Part shown: positions 30,961 through 41,612 of the stretch, piece by piece
How positions within the stretch are numbered: the first letter of the stretch is position 1
How the letters are laid out: each line of letters starts with the position of its first letter
Assembly: GCA_005223125.1 (NCBI GenBank)
Contig: NJBH01000007.1
Span: forward strand, 64,001-128,000
DNA: 64,000 nucleotides
Direction: 5' to 3'
Origin: Promethearchaeota archaeon Loki_b32
Lineage (GTDB): Archaea > Asgardarchaeota > Lokiarchaeia > Sigyniarchaeales > SOKP01
The notes under the pieces: model-generated
Seen by the model: only the letters and a program-made list of their open reading frames with translations
Databases searched by the model: none
What the model was told of the DNA's origin: nothing
Program-made: the position numbers and the translations under genes

Positions 30961-31968
30961 TTGACTAAACAAAACATAAGAATTGGTTTTATTGGAGCTG
31001 GTTCTATAGGAAGTCTATTTGGAGGGTATTTAGCAAAAATCCAATCTGATAATTATTCATTAGAAGTGATTTTTTTTAATACTAAACCTTTTGTTGATGT
31101 AATAAACGAGGAAGGGTTAAAGTTGTTTAAAGATCAAGAGGTTATAATGATAAAGAATATAATAGCATATGAAAGTGAGAAATCTCTTGAAGAATTAATA
31201 AATCAGGATTCCTCTTTTCAATTTGATTTTTTGTTTCTTACAACAAAAGCGTATGATAATGAAAAAGCGATGCTCCAGTATAAGAAATTTTTTAATGCGA
31301 GCAAATATTTAGTGATATTGCAGAATGGGATTGGAAATGAAGATATTGCAATACAATTTATTGAAAAAGCTAGAATTATAAGAGTGGTGACTACAGAAGG
31401 GGCTTTATTGGATAAACCGGGTCATTTGTATCACACAGGTGAAGGAATAACTAAGATAGGATTTCCATTTCTTAATGATCTTAATTTAAAACCTAAAGAA
31501 TTAGAGCAGGCCGAATCAGATTTAAATTTATTGAACGACATTTTGAATTTAGCTGGTTTTGAAACAATTGTAGTAAGAGATATAATTATGGAAAGCTGGG
31601 AAAAAGTTTTTGTGAATATTGGGATCAATGCCGTTGGGGCTCTATCCCGTTTACCTAATGGAAAATTACTGGAAAATGAAGGATTGAGGTATTTACTAGA
31701 ACAAGCAGTAATAGAGTCAGTCAAAATCGCAAAGATGAAAGGTATTAAGCTTCCTGAAAAAGATTATATCTCAATAGCCTATGATGTTGCTGAAAAAACC
31801 GCAGATAATAAGAATTCGATGTTACAAGACATATTAAATAGAAAATCGACTGAAATTGATTTCATGAATGGGAGAATCTTAAAATACGCAATAGGGTTGG
31901 GTGTTAAAGTACCAGTTAATGAAATTTTAACATATTTAATAAAAGGGTTAGAACAATCAAAAAATTAA
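30961..31968 (+). CDS. panE: 2-dehydropantoate 2-reductase
   Basis: GAGSIG, LQNGIG, WEKVFVN, SMLQD..TEIDFMNG. Confidence 0.93.
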   Translation: MTKQNIRIGFIGAGSIGSLFGGYLAKIQSDNYSLEVIFFNTKPFVDVINEEGLKLFKDQEVIMIKNIIAYESEKSLEELINQDSSFQFDFLFLTTKAYDNEKAMLQYKKFFNASKYLVILQNGIGNEDIAIQFIEKARIIRVVTTEGALLDKPGHLYHTGEGITKIGFPFLNDLNLKPKELEQAESDLNLLNDILNLAGFETIVVRDIIMESWEKVFVNIGINAVGALSRLPNGKLLENEGLRYLLEQAVIESVKIAKMKGIKLPEKDYISIAYDVAEKTADNKNSMLQDILNRKSTEIDFMNGRILKYAIGLGVKVPVNEILTYLIKGLEQSKN

Positions 31969-32489
31969 ACCGCTAAAGTCATAAAATAAGCATTTTCGCC
32001 GTCTCGATAATAATTTTTTTTAATATTTTCAATTTTATAATCTAATTTTTCATATAATCTAATTGCTGTGTAATTAGATACTCTAACTTCTAAGACATAT
32101 TCATGGATTTTGTATTTTTTAATTGCTTTCATACTATTTGATAATAATATCGTAGCAATTCCTCTTCTTCTATAGCTTTCAGAGACGGCTATTGAAACGA
32201 GATGTGCTTTATTTATATATTTTAAACTGTTTATAGAAGGAGCTTTTTCCACCCTCCACATAATGTATGCTACAATTTTCCCGAGTTTATTTTGAGCTAC
32301 TAAAAAGCATTCAGGAAAATTATCAAGTATACTTTTATAGAAAAAGAAAGGATAATCTTCGGGTAGTTCTCTTTCATTTACTTCAATTACTTCATCTATA
32401 TCATCTAAAATACATTTTCTTATTAAAAATTCTTGTTCATTTGTTGTAGGATTGAAGATTTTTGTCTCTGTTTCTTTATTTGCAGTCAT
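31965..32489 (-). CDS. ard1: Ard1/RimI-type N-terminal acetyltransferase
   Basis: LPEDY, HLVSIAV..RRRGIA, LEVRVSN, YYRDGENA. Confidence 0.88.
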   Translation of the reverse strand: MTANKETETKIFNPTTNEQEFLIRKCILDDIDEVIEVNERELPEDYPFFFYKSILDNFPECFLVAQNKLGKIVAYIMWRVEKAPSINSLKYINKAHLVSIAVSESYRRRGIATILLSNSMKAIKKYKIHEYVLEVRVSNYTAIRLYEKLDYKIENIKKNYYRDGENAYFMTLAV

Positions 32490-32594
32490 CGTTATTGTTA
32501 TTAAAGAATTTTTATATGAAAAATAGCCTTATTGATATATGGAATATAATATTAACTACTTTTAAGTTTTTATGAATCAAAAATTCAGTTAAAA

Positions 32595-33392
32595 TCAAAA
32601 CTTAAGTATTTCAAATGCCTTTTTTTTTTGTATTTCAAGGTATTTAATAATTAAATCTAGAGTTTTTTGTATATTTAATTTATTATTAAAATTTTGAACG
32701 ATTTCTTTTATTTGTGTATTATTCAATTTTTTTAATTCTTGTGTTAATTTTATCATTTCTGGTACTACTCTTACGATGTTATCAACAATCGTAATATCTG
32801 CCCATAATGCTGTTCTACTTAATGGATTTAAATCAACTGCGATAATTTTTTTATTTAATTTTTTCAGAGCTTCCGTCCTATCTCCATCTTCTAATGGAAC
32901 CATAACTATATCAGCATCAGCAATTAGTTCTACCTTTCTTCTATTACTTTTAAGACCCTCAAGCTCAATCATTTTATGTGTATCAATACCATGAATTATA
33001 GTTGCACCAGCTTTTTGTAGAACATTTTTTATTGCTTCAATTCTTCCTTCTTTTGGGTAAAACAAATTGATTTCAAGTGGAGCAGGTATGATTTTCGATA
33101 AAGTCGCTAGTTCCTCTGGCACTAAAGCTGCAACATTTCCATTTACACTGATCACCGGCTTTTCAGCTAATAATAAAGCAGCTACAGCCGTTCTAATCGC
33201 TTTTTTTGCGAGTAGAGTTGTTTTTTCACCTAAGATATAATCAAAACATTCACCCCTCCCATGTGCTATTAAACCTGCTTCAGCAACTACTAGATTTTTC
33301 ATACCTTCAATAATTTTATGACGATATTTTAAACTTTCATAGCGTGGGTGAGTTTTAGGGACAGAATGATCTTGGTTTTCATTCGAAGTCAT
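32595..33392 (-). CDS. Archaeal 4-phosphopantoate-beta-alanine ligase (phosphopantothenate synthetase)
   Basis: HPRYESL, GLIAHGRGE.FDY.LGE, ISVNGN, VPLEDGDR, DLNPLSRT. Confidence 0.95.
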   Translation of the reverse strand: MTSNENQDHSVPKTHPRYESLKYRHKIIEGMKNLVVAEAGLIAHGRGECFDYILGEKTTLLAKKAIRTAVAALLLAEKPVISVNGNVAALVPEELATLSKIIPAPLEINLFYPKEGRIEAIKNVLQKAGATIIHGIDTHKMIELEGLKSNRRKVELIADADIVMVPLEDGDRTEALKKLNKKIIAVDLNPLSRTALWADITIVDNIVRVVPEMIKLTQELKKLNNTQIKEIVQNFNNKLNIQKTLDLIIKYLEIQKKKAFEILKF

Positions 33393-33480
33393 AATCTTTC
33401 AAATCCTTTAATATTGTTCTTTATATAGATTGATATAAAGAAAAACTATTAATCTTTTATAAAATTTTTAAAATTTGTAG

Positions 33481-34761
33481 ATGCATATGAGTTCTGATGT
33501 GAAAAAGAAACCTAATGATTTGAAAGTCTATAAAACAAAACAATTATTAGAAAATCTTAGGAGCAAGAGGGGTTTTCATACTGAGTTAGTTTCGTTATAT
33601 ATTCCTCATGATAGAAAGATTTCAGATGTAACAAATCATCTAAAAAATGAAATTAGTGAAAGTCAGAATATAAAATCAAAACTAACACGAAAAAATGTAT
33701 TAGATAGCATATCTAGTCTTTTAGGGCAACTGAAAAATATTTCAAAAGTTCCTGAAAATGGGTTAGTAATGTTTTCAGGCGCAATTCCACAAAGTAATAC
33801 CCCCGGTACAGAGAAAAATGAAATGTATATTGTTGAACCTCCTGATAGAGTAGTTACATTTAGATATCATTGTGCCAGTGAATTTCTATTATGGCCTTTA
33901 GAAGAAATGCTTACACCTAAAGAAACATATGGATTATTAGTTATTGGTAGAAAAGAATCAGCAGTAGGATATATTAAAGGAAATAAAGTTGAAATAATCA
34001 GAGAATTTACTTCTGGTATTCATGGTAAACATCGAGCCGGTGGTCAATCTCAAAAAAGGTATGAAAGATTAATTGAGGAAGGAGAAAAACTTTTTTATCG
34101 AAGAATTTCATATACCGTAAATGAACTTTTTCTACCTATGGAAGATTTACAAGGTATATTTATTGGTGGTCCAGGTCAATCTAAAGAAAAATTTGTTAGT
34201 GATGAGAGTTTAGATTATAGATTACGAGAGAAAATTTTAGATGTGGTAGATCTTGGTTATGGAGGAACAGAAGGAATTCGAGTATTAATAGAAAAGGTTA
34301 AAGATCAGATGAAGGATGTGAAATATATCCGAGAAAAGCAGGTTATGCAACGATTTATGAAAGAAATTTCTATTGACTCGGGTTTAGCTTCCTATGGTTT
34401 AGAAGCTATACAAAGAGCTTTAAATTATGGGGCTGTAGATACCCTAATTCTTTCAGAAAAACTAGATTTATATAAAATCAAGTTAGAATGCTCAAATTGT
34501 GAATTTACTGAATCCAGAACGATAAAAGAAAAAGATCTTAATAGAGTTAAAGCAAGGATTCAAGATGAATCTTGTCCTAAATGTTCTTCAAATGCATTTA
34601 ATATTGTAGAGGAAATATCAATTATAGAAGAATTAGGGGAAACCGCTGAAGCAACTGGAACTTCTATTGATATTATATCTACAGAAATCGAAGAAGGAGA
34701 AATGCTTTATAGTACATTTGGAGGAATTGCGGCAATCCTCCGCTATAAGATTGATTATTAA
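33481..34761 (+). CDS. prf1: Peptide chain release factor aRF1
   Basis: NIKS, YHCASEF, GGQS, FGGIAAILRY. Confidence 0.97.
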   Translation: MHMSSDVKKKPNDLKVYKTKQLLENLRSKRGFHTELVSLYIPHDRKISDVTNHLKNEISESQNIKSKLTRKNVLDSISSLLGQLKNISKVPENGLVMFSGAIPQSNTPGTEKNEMYIVEPPDRVVTFRYHCASEFLLWPLEEMLTPKETYGLLVIGRKESAVGYIKGNKVEIIREFTSGIHGKHRAGGQSQKRYERLIEEGEKLFYRRISYTVNELFLPMEDLQGIFIGGPGQSKEKFVSDESLDYRLREKILDVVDLGYGGTEGIRVLIEKVKDQMKDVKYIREKQVMQRFMKEISIDSGLASYGLEAIQRALNYGAVDTLILSEKLDLYKIKLECSNCEFTESRTIKEKDLNRVKARIQDESCPKCSSNAFNIVEEISIIEELGETAEATGTSIDIISTEIEEGEMLYSTFGGIAAILRYKIDY

Positions 34762-34816
34762 ACGAAAAAAGAACCTATAAAATTTCATAAATTATTAAAA
34801 AGGTTTTGAAGACAAA

Positions 34817-35809
34817 ATGGAATTAAGAGAACTGTTATTGAACCTAAAAATCATAATGTTTGGTGGGAAAGGAGGAGTTGGAAAAACATGTTGTGCTACA
34901 AGTTCAGCAATATGGGCAGCAGAACAGGGAAGAAATACATTAATCATAAGTACTGACCCTGCGCATTCTTTAGGGGATAGTCTTGGAATTGAATTGGCTC
35001 CTGGTATCCCTACCCCTATTGAAAATATAGATAATTTGACCGCTTTGGAAATAAATCCAAAAGCTAATATGGCAGAATTTAGGGGATTAACGGGGATGAA
35101 TCCTTTAGAAGAAATGGGAATGGGGGATATAATGGAAGGAATGCCCTTATTAGGTGATCTCGAAGATTTAGCTTCAATAAATCCTCCCGGAATTGATGAA
35201 GCATTAGCTTTTGGTAAGATTTTAGAATTTATTGAGACAGAACACGACTATGATTTAGTAATTTTTGATACAGCACCTACTGGACATACACTAAGATTTT
35301 TAGGACTTCCAGAGACCCTATCTGGGTGGATTGGTAAGCTTATAAAAATGAGAATGAAATTAGGAAATATGTTTGGTGCTCTAAAGAGAATGTTCACTCG
35401 TGAAGAGAAGAAATCAGATGATTCTTTAGAAATGTTAGAGAGATTGAATCAATCAATTTTAAACGCGAGAGAAGATCTGACCAATCCAACTAAAAATTCT
35501 TTTGTAGTTGTAATGATACCGGAAGAAATGGCGATTTTAGAAACGGGTAGATTGCTGAATGAGCTGATTAAGTATGATATTCCCGTTTCCAATATTGTTG
35601 TGAATCAATTATATCAGGATACAACTGGGTTATGTGATTTTTGTAAGAGTAGGCGTGAAATGCAACAAAGAAACCTTACTAAGATAAAGGAAATATTTAG
35701 GGAAAAATTGCTCAAAAATCTGATTGAAGTTCCATTATTCAAGGAAGAAATAAGAGAATATGATAAACTGAAGGAAATGGGCGAATATTTGGTTAAGGAA
35801 TCTTATTAA
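34817..35809 (+). CDS. ArsA/GET3(TRC40)-family ATPase
   Basis: GGKGGVGKT, STDPAHSL, PGIDEA, DTAPTGHTLRFL, CDFC. Confidence 0.93.
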   Translation: MELRELLLNLKIIMFGGKGGVGKTCCATSSAIWAAEQGRNTLIISTDPAHSLGDSLGIELAPGIPTPIENIDNLTALEINPKANMAEFRGLTGMNPLEEMGMGDIMEGMPLLGDLEDLASINPPGIDEALAFGKILEFIETEHDYDLVIFDTAPTGHTLRFLGLPETLSGWIGKLIKMRMKLGNMFGALKRMFTREEKKSDDSLEMLERLNQSILNAREDLTNPTKNSFVVVMIPEEMAILETGRLLNELIKYDIPVSNIVVNQLYQDTTGLCDFCKSRREMQQRNLTKIKEIFREKLLKNLIEVPLFKEEIREYDKLKEMGEYLVKESY

Positions 35810-36780
35810 GAAAATTCTAGTAAATAGCTACAATAAGAACAAATTTTCCCATTCCCGCATGGATACCCACATTTTTGACATAGACTGTGATTTTTTTTTT
35901 TTCGATGGTAATAGAGTGTTTTAGATAATTCTAAAAATCCATTGAGAAGGTTAAATTCAATTTCTGGGCTATATTTTTTGCATTCTTGAATAAAATCTAA
36001 TACTCTTTTTCTTATGATTGGGTCTTTTTCTCTATAAGGACAATGAGAAGGATAATAATCGAGTTTTTTAATATTTGCATATAAAAAGATTTCTTCTTCT
36101 GGAATTCTTATTAGTGGTGAAATTTTTTTAATATAAAACTGGTTTATTTCATCGTTCTCTTCCTTAAAAAAATACTGATTTGCTATAATATCCAAACGTT
36201 TGTAGAGAATATTCATCAAGTAAGTTTCTGCGAAATCGGTAAGATTGTGCCCCATTGCTAAAATATTGCCTCCTAATTCTTTAGCACCATCATTTAATAA
36301 TCTTCTTCTTATTGTAGCGCAATAATTACAAGCATATTTGTAATCTGGGGTTTCTCTTTTCATATTAATTATTTCATCTAATGTTTTCCCTATTTTATCT
36401 TTAAAAGAAATAATCTTATACTCAATATTATATTTATTACAGAATTCCTTGGCTTTTTTAATACTTTTTTCTCTATATTCTTTTATTCCCTCATCGATAA
36501 TCAAAGCGATTATTGGTTTCGAGTTGTGTGTTCGATTTTGGATGATATTTAAATTATAGAGTAGACTAATTGAATCCTTTCCCCCAGATAAAGCAACTAT
36601 AATTCTATCTTTTGATTTTAGCATCTCATACTTGGAAATCGTTTTATAAATATTTTTTTCAATATTTTTTTGAAAACACTCGGGACATAAATTTTCTCCT
36701 GAATGTTTTCTTTGGATTACAATGGAATTATTACAATATGAACAAGTACCTTGTTTCAAAAATATATTGAAATTACTCAT
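35806..36780 (-). CDS. Ncs6/TtuA-family tRNA 2-thiolation protein
   Basis: SGGKDS PP-loop, CNYC..RR, GHN..D, CPY, terminal Zn fingers. Confidence 0.9.
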   Translation of the reverse strand: MSNFNIFLKQGTCSYCNNSIVIQRKHSGENLCPECFQKNIEKNIYKTISKYEMLKSKDRIIVALSGGKDSISLLYNLNIIQNRTHNSKPIIALIIDEGIKEYREKSIKKAKEFCNKYNIEYKIISFKDKIGKTLDEIINMKRETPDYKYACNYCATIRRRLLNDGAKELGGNILAMGHNLTDFAETYLMNILYKRLDIIANQYFFKEENDEINQFYIKKISPLIRIPEEEIFLYANIKKLDYYPSHCPYREKDPIIRKRVLDFIQECKKYSPEIEFNLLNGFLELSKTLYYHRKKKNHSLCQKCGYPCGNGKICSYCSYLLEFS

Positions 36781-36812
36781 TAGAGATATATAAAAAAAAT
36801 ATTAGTTAAAAG

Positions 36813-38627
36813 TTAAATCCAAAACTTAATACCACCAAATTTTATAAAAGATAAAATAAAATTACCAGCAATAATGAACAATGTGAAGTATCGTATAATA
36901 TTTAGAATTGAATTTTTAACTTTTCGTTTTTCATCATACCAATATTCATAATTAATCTCGATTAATGAACCTTCTTCTAATTGTGTTTGTTCAGGAAGAT
37001 TTAATGCTACAGTATCTTTAAATCCATCACCAATTTTATCTATTAAAATATACTTATCTTCAGATAATATTATTTCACTTTGCTCTCTTACTCCGCTTTT
37101 TTCTTCGATTATTATTTTAACATTATCAACTTTCTCTACTCTATATTCTGATAAATTGAGATCTGTCTCATCTTTTTTGAATCTAACTTTATCTTTTTTT
37201 TTCCTTGTTGTTTTGTATTCTTCTCCAAAACCCCAATTAAGCAATTCTTTCACTATTCTATCTCCATCGAATATAGGTAAGGGTAACATATTAAACAGAG
37301 TAATACTGAAAGCGATAATAAAAAGCCATATAATTTCTCTTAACCAAAATTCTGGCCAAAAAGGAGTAAAGAATTTTGCAAAATCATTTTTATGCATAAA
37401 GTATGAAGTACTATATATGCCAATTTTTACTCCTATTGTATCAACATCTAAGAAATAAGTGTAAGAAGCTGTACTTAAATTAATAATATTTAGATTTAAA
37501 TTCGTTAATTCTTTCTCTAATGTAACTCCGCTTATTCTATTAATTGATTTATTATTTATTTTGGTAATATTTAATCCAACAGTCAAACCCTTATCATAAT
37601 TATTTCCGTCTTCATCCTTAGTATAAATTTTAGTAATTTGTAGTTCAGTATTAGAGATATATTCAAATTCGATTCCAATAAAATAAAGAGGACCTAAGGT
37701 TACATTTTTTTCTGAATAACTGTCAGTGGAAGGATTATATATACTAAATGTTAAATTGTCTCCTATGGAGGTTATTAAACTAGTTTTATTATTTAAGATA
37801 TCTGAAAGAGTTCTTCCCTCATAATTATTAAGAGCCACATAGTCTTCATCTTCAGCACCTTGTTTTTTAATTGCTAAAATAACATCGTTTTTTGCTAGAT
37901 TTCCTTCATTAATTCCGCCTTCTACTTCTGGTACTACACTATAAACTTGGCCAACTTGACGGTAAAAGGGAGAGATAATGAGCGGAAAACTTAACAGTAG
38001 TATAAAAGCAATTCCTGCCGTAATTCCATTCACATATGTCCCTGCAGCTGCAATTCGTAATCTCGTATTTCTATGATATTTTTGAGAATTTAGCTCTCTT
38101 TCATCGACTTCAACAAAGGCTCCAAAACCGATAATAAAAAAAAGGCCTGCTCCGAGAACTCCAGTAGATTTAACATCCACACCGTCAGCACCAGCTGCAA
38201 TTCCATGAGCAAATTCATGCGTAGTTATGATGAATAATAATGGAAGAATTAAATAAAAGAGCAGAGGTAATTCGATATTTACACCCGGAATAAGAGGAAC
38301 TATGGCTTGTTCAAAACTAGGTCTAATTATCAAATTGAGAAAGTTTGTAAAAAAGAAATAAAGCGCATATATAGTAAAACCAAATGAAATGAATATCCCT
38401 ATAGTCCAAAAAATTTTCCAAAATTTAGGAGCTTTTCTTGAGACTTTCTTTATGAATTTATTTAATTTTCTAGTTTTTAACATTGCCAGAAATGGAAACC
38501 AGAAATAGTATGCGTCTTTTTTATTTCTTAACAAGTATTTTAAGAGATATACAAAACCCCAAAATAATAAAGACAATATGAACCATGGATTTAAAATGAA
38601 ATCTATAATTATATCAAACAAAGGCAT
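36813..38627 (-). CDS. Site-2 protease (M50) with PDZ-like inserts
   Basis: HEFAH, GAFVE, RIAAAG, NMLPLPIFDG. Confidence 0.9.
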   Translation of the reverse strand: MPLFDIIIDFILNPWFILSLLFWGFVYLLKYLLRNKKDAYYFWFPFLAMLKTRKLNKFIKKVSRKAPKFWKIFWTIGIFISFGFTIYALYFFFTNFLNLIIRPSFEQAIVPLIPGVNIELPLLFYLILPLLFIITTHEFAHGIAAGADGVDVKSTGVLGAGLFFIIGFGAFVEVDERELNSQKYHRNTRLRIAAAGTYVNGITAGIAFILLLSFPLIISPFYRQVGQVYSVVPEVEGGINEGNLAKNDVILAIKKQGAEDEDYVALNNYEGRTLSDILNNKTSLITSIGDNLTFSIYNPSTDSYSEKNVTLGPLYFIGIEFEYISNTELQITKIYTKDEDGNNYDKGLTVGLNITKINNKSINRISGVTLEKELTNLNLNIINLSTASYTYFLDVDTIGVKIGIYSTSYFMHKNDFAKFFTPFWPEFWLREIIWLFIIAFSITLFNMLPLPIFDGDRIVKELLNWGFGEEYKTTRKKKDKVRFKKDETDLNLSEYRVEKVDNVKIIIEEKSGVREQSEIILSEDKYILIDKIGDGFKDTVALNLPEQTQLEEGSLIEINYEYWYDEKRKVKNSILNIIRYFTLFIIAGNFILSFIKFGGIKFWI

Positions 38628-38823
38628 AAATATCCATCAGTTATGTTCTTTTTTTATATCTAATTTACATTAGAAGTTAAACTTATTGGTTGCATTCAGA
38701 ATTCTTTTATATAAGAAGAATACATGCTAATTAAAAATCGAAAAAGATTAAATTGTTAGTTTATAATGATATATATATAATTAGTATATATTGCATAGGA
38801 ATCAACCCTATAAATACTTACAT

Positions 38824-38968
38824 AGCGGGGTGGGCTAGCCTGGTTTATGCCGCAGGGCTCATAAGTTATGGAACTTGTACACCTCTTATTGAGAAACCCT
38901 GAGATCGTTCGTTCAAAAGCTAGTAATTACTGATCTCCAGTAAGCTGAGAGTCGAACCCCCGCTACCA
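38824..38968 (+). tRNA. Initiator tRNA-Met(CAT) with introns at 37/38 (38864-38895) and 59/60 (38918-38951); CCA encoded
   Basis: A1:U72 pair, three G:C pairs in the anticodon stem; both introns have BHB geometry. Confidence 0.93.
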
Positions 38969-39113
38969 TTATCATTTATTATCCTTTTCGGTAAAAACTT
39001 TTACATTACAAATAATTTAAGAAAAGAGAATCATAAATATTACTAGCTTAATAGATATTTCTATATTGAAAACCATTTAATTTTTAAATATTAAATTAAG
39101 AGAAAGGTATGAG

Positions 39114-39854
39114 ATGGAAAGAATAAAACGTTTTAAGAGAAATCCCGCAGTTCAATGTTGGATTAAACATATTTTTGAGGGGCAATACGATGAAAGTGAG
39201 AAATTTTTTTATACAATTTTTGGTCATGTTAAGCGTGTTAGAATTATTGGAACAATTATTAATAAAAGGGAACAATTAATTCAGCCAAGTGAAGTAGATA
39301 TGGGATTATCAGAAGAACTTGATTCAAATTTAAGATTTGATTTAGATGATAGCACTGGAATGATCAGAGCAACGATTAGGAATATGATCCCAGAAAAGTT
39401 TAAAACATTTAATAAGGGTGATATTGTAGAAGTTATGGGGAGTGTTAAAAAATATGGAGATTATATTTCTTTATGGATAGAAATTATAAGAAAAGTGGAT
39501 GACCCTAATCTTATTTTACTAAGGAATGCTGAAATAGTTAATAAAATAAAACATGGTGAAATACATGAAATTCCCGAATTTAATGACATAAATAATAACA
39601 TTGAAGATTTCTCAGATGAAATAGATGTTAATACTCTATTTGAAAGTGAAGGTGTTGCTTCTGAGCATGATGAAATAAAGGAAAAGGTGTATTTAATTGT
39701 TGAAGAGTATTCTGCAAGAGGAGATGGAATTAATTTTGAAACATTGAAAAAAGAAGTTGGTATCCCCGATCATAAATTGAGAAATATGGTTAAGGATTTG
39801 ATCTTAGAATCACGCATTTATGAATCTGATAACGATAATTTTGAAGCATTTTAA
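39114..39854 (+). CDS. RPA32-like subunit (OB fold plus C-terminal winged helix)
   Basis: RVRIIGTII, LDDSTG, acidic linker, WH ending SRIYESD. Confidence 0.8.
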   Translation: MERIKRFKRNPAVQCWIKHIFEGQYDESEKFFYTIFGHVKRVRIIGTIINKREQLIQPSEVDMGLSEELDSNLRFDLDDSTGMIRATIRNMIPEKFKTFNKGDIVEVMGSVKKYGDYISLWIEIIRKVDDPNLILLRNAEIVNKIKHGEIHEIPEFNDINNNIEDFSDEIDVNTLFESEGVASEHDEIKEKVYLIVEEYSARGDGINFETLKKEVGIPDHKLRNMVKDLILESRIYESDNDNFEAF

Positions 39855-39937
39855 TTTTGATTTATATTGCTAATTTCTTTGATAATAAAGGAAAACTATT
39901 TTTCTTATAGATGATTCCATATTTATAAAACTAGTAA

Positions 39938-40366
39938 ATGTGGATGATAATTATGGATATAAATAATTACGATGAATTATTGGATAAAGCTTATGAAAAG
40001 ATTCCAGAAAATGCAAGAAAATTATCTAGATTTGAAATTCCAAAAGTAGAACTTCGTATTGAAAGTAGGAATACATTTATTACAAATTTCAACAAAATCA
40101 TTAGCACCCTTAATAGAGACAGAAAACATTTTCTAGGGGTCTTCTTGAAAAAAGCAGGAACTATGGGTGAAGTTAGAGGACAACAATTATTCTTAAAAGG
40201 TCAATATAAAGATCAAGTCCTAAATAAATTGATCGAAAATTATACGAAAATGTATGTTTTATGCCGTATTTGCAATAAACCGGATACTCAAATTCAAAGA
40301 GAAGGGAAAAAATTATATCTAAAATGTACTGCGTGTGGAGCTAGAGAAGAAATTAAAGAAAAATAA
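39938..40366 (+). CDS. eif2b: Translation initiation factor aIF2 beta
   Basis: YDELLDKAY, RFEIP, CRIC..PDT..CTACGA. Confidence 0.95.
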   Translation: MWMIIMDINNYDELLDKAYEKIPENARKLSRFEIPKVELRIESRNTFITNFNKIISTLNRDRKHFLGVFLKKAGTMGEVRGQQLFLKGQYKDQVLNKLIENYTKMYVLCRICNKPDTQIQREGKKLYLKCTACGAREEIKEK

Positions 40367-40387
40367 GTAAAAATTAATAGCGATAAA

Positions 40388-40687
40388 TTGATGAAAGTAT
40401 ACCTTAAAGTACATATTAAAGAAGAGTTTGAAATAATAGCCTGTTGTGATGAAGAATTATTAAATCAAGTTTTTAAAGAGGGAAATTTAAGAATTGAAAT
40501 TTCTAACCAATTCTTCGAAGGAAAGTTAATAGCTCTAGAAGAAGCAATTTCGATTTTAAAATGTGCCTCATTTTTCAATATTGTTGGAGAAAAAATAATT
40601 AATGAAGCAATTAATTGTAAACTCCTAATAAAAGAAGGAATAAGATTCATAAATGGGATTCCTATGGCTTTAAAGATGATGTTTTAA
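40388..40687 (+). CDS. DUF424-family protein
   Basis: IIACCDEELL..FFEG..NIVGE..INGIP. Confidence 0.88.
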   Translation: MMKVYLKVHIKEEFEIIACCDEELLNQVFKEGNLRIEISNQFFEGKLIALEEAISILKCASFFNIVGEKIINEAINCKLLIKEGIRFINGIPMALKMMF

Positions 40688-41601
40688 TGCCTAATCGATT
40701 TTGTGCGATATGTGGAATAAATTTAGGAAAAGAAGATCCTCATTTTGGAATGTGTCTTGAGTGTTATTTAAAAGAACATCCCTTATTCGAATTACCTGAT
40801 CATTTCGCATTAAATGTCTGCCTTGACTGTGGTAGTTTCTCTAAAAAAGATGTATGGATTGAACCTACAGAAAATGAGTTATTTACTATCATAGAACAAG
40901 CGCTTCAAAGATTCTTATTAAAATCATTTTTAAAGAGAAATAATATTGATTTCACATTCTCTTTAAATGAAGAGAGTTTTATGTATTCTTCAAAAGATTT
41001 AGTAACTTCACTAGAAGTATTAATTAAAGGTATTTTAAAGAAGGATTATAATATAAAGCATGAACAAACAATAAAATTAAATTTAAATCATGAGTTATGC
41101 AAAAATTGCTCGAATTTAAGAGGAGGAACATATTTTTTGTCTATTCTTCAATTACGAGTTAAAGACGAAGAGCAATTCGATTTAATTAAACAAGTTTTAA
41201 ATGAAGTTAACGAATTTGTGGAACGAACGTTTGAAAAAGACCATAAGCAATACATATCAAATTTAGAAGATCAAAAATACGGTGTTGATTTATATCTTAG
41301 TACCAATGAATTAATGAATTATTTAATCAAGTTTTTAAAGGCAAAATATAATTTTCTATTAAAACGATCTAAAAAATTAGTCGGGAGAGATTCTCAAAGA
41401 GGTAAAAACCTTTATAGATTTAAAGGGTTGATAAAATTCTTACCAGTAAATAATGGTGATATTATTACCATTGAAGATCAAAATTTTAGTGTAGAAAATA
41501 TTACTAAAAATAAAGTTGTTCTTAGAAGTGACAATAACACTAAATTGATAAAAGGCTATTCTTATTTCTTTAATGAAAAAATAATTAAAAAAAATCCATA
41601 G
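40687..41601 (+). CDS. NMD3-family ribosome biogenesis protein
   Basis: CAICG, CLEC, CLDC, CKNC, ILQLR, KLVGRD..G. Confidence 0.88.
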   Translation: MPNRFCAICGINLGKEDPHFGMCLECYLKEHPLFELPDHFALNVCLDCGSFSKKDVWIEPTENELFTIIEQALQRFLLKSFLKRNNIDFTFSLNEESFMYSSKDLVTSLEVLIKGILKKDYNIKHEQTIKLNLNHELCKNCSNLRGGTYFLSILQLRVKDEEQFDLIKQVLNEVNEFVERTFEKDHKQYISNLEDQKYGVDLYLSTNELMNYLIKFLKAKYNFLLKRSKKLVGRDSQRGKNLYRFKGLIKFLPVNNGDIITIEDQNFSVENITKNKVVLRSDNNTKLIKGYSYFFNEKIIKKNP

Positions 41602-41612
41602 AGGAAAAGTTA

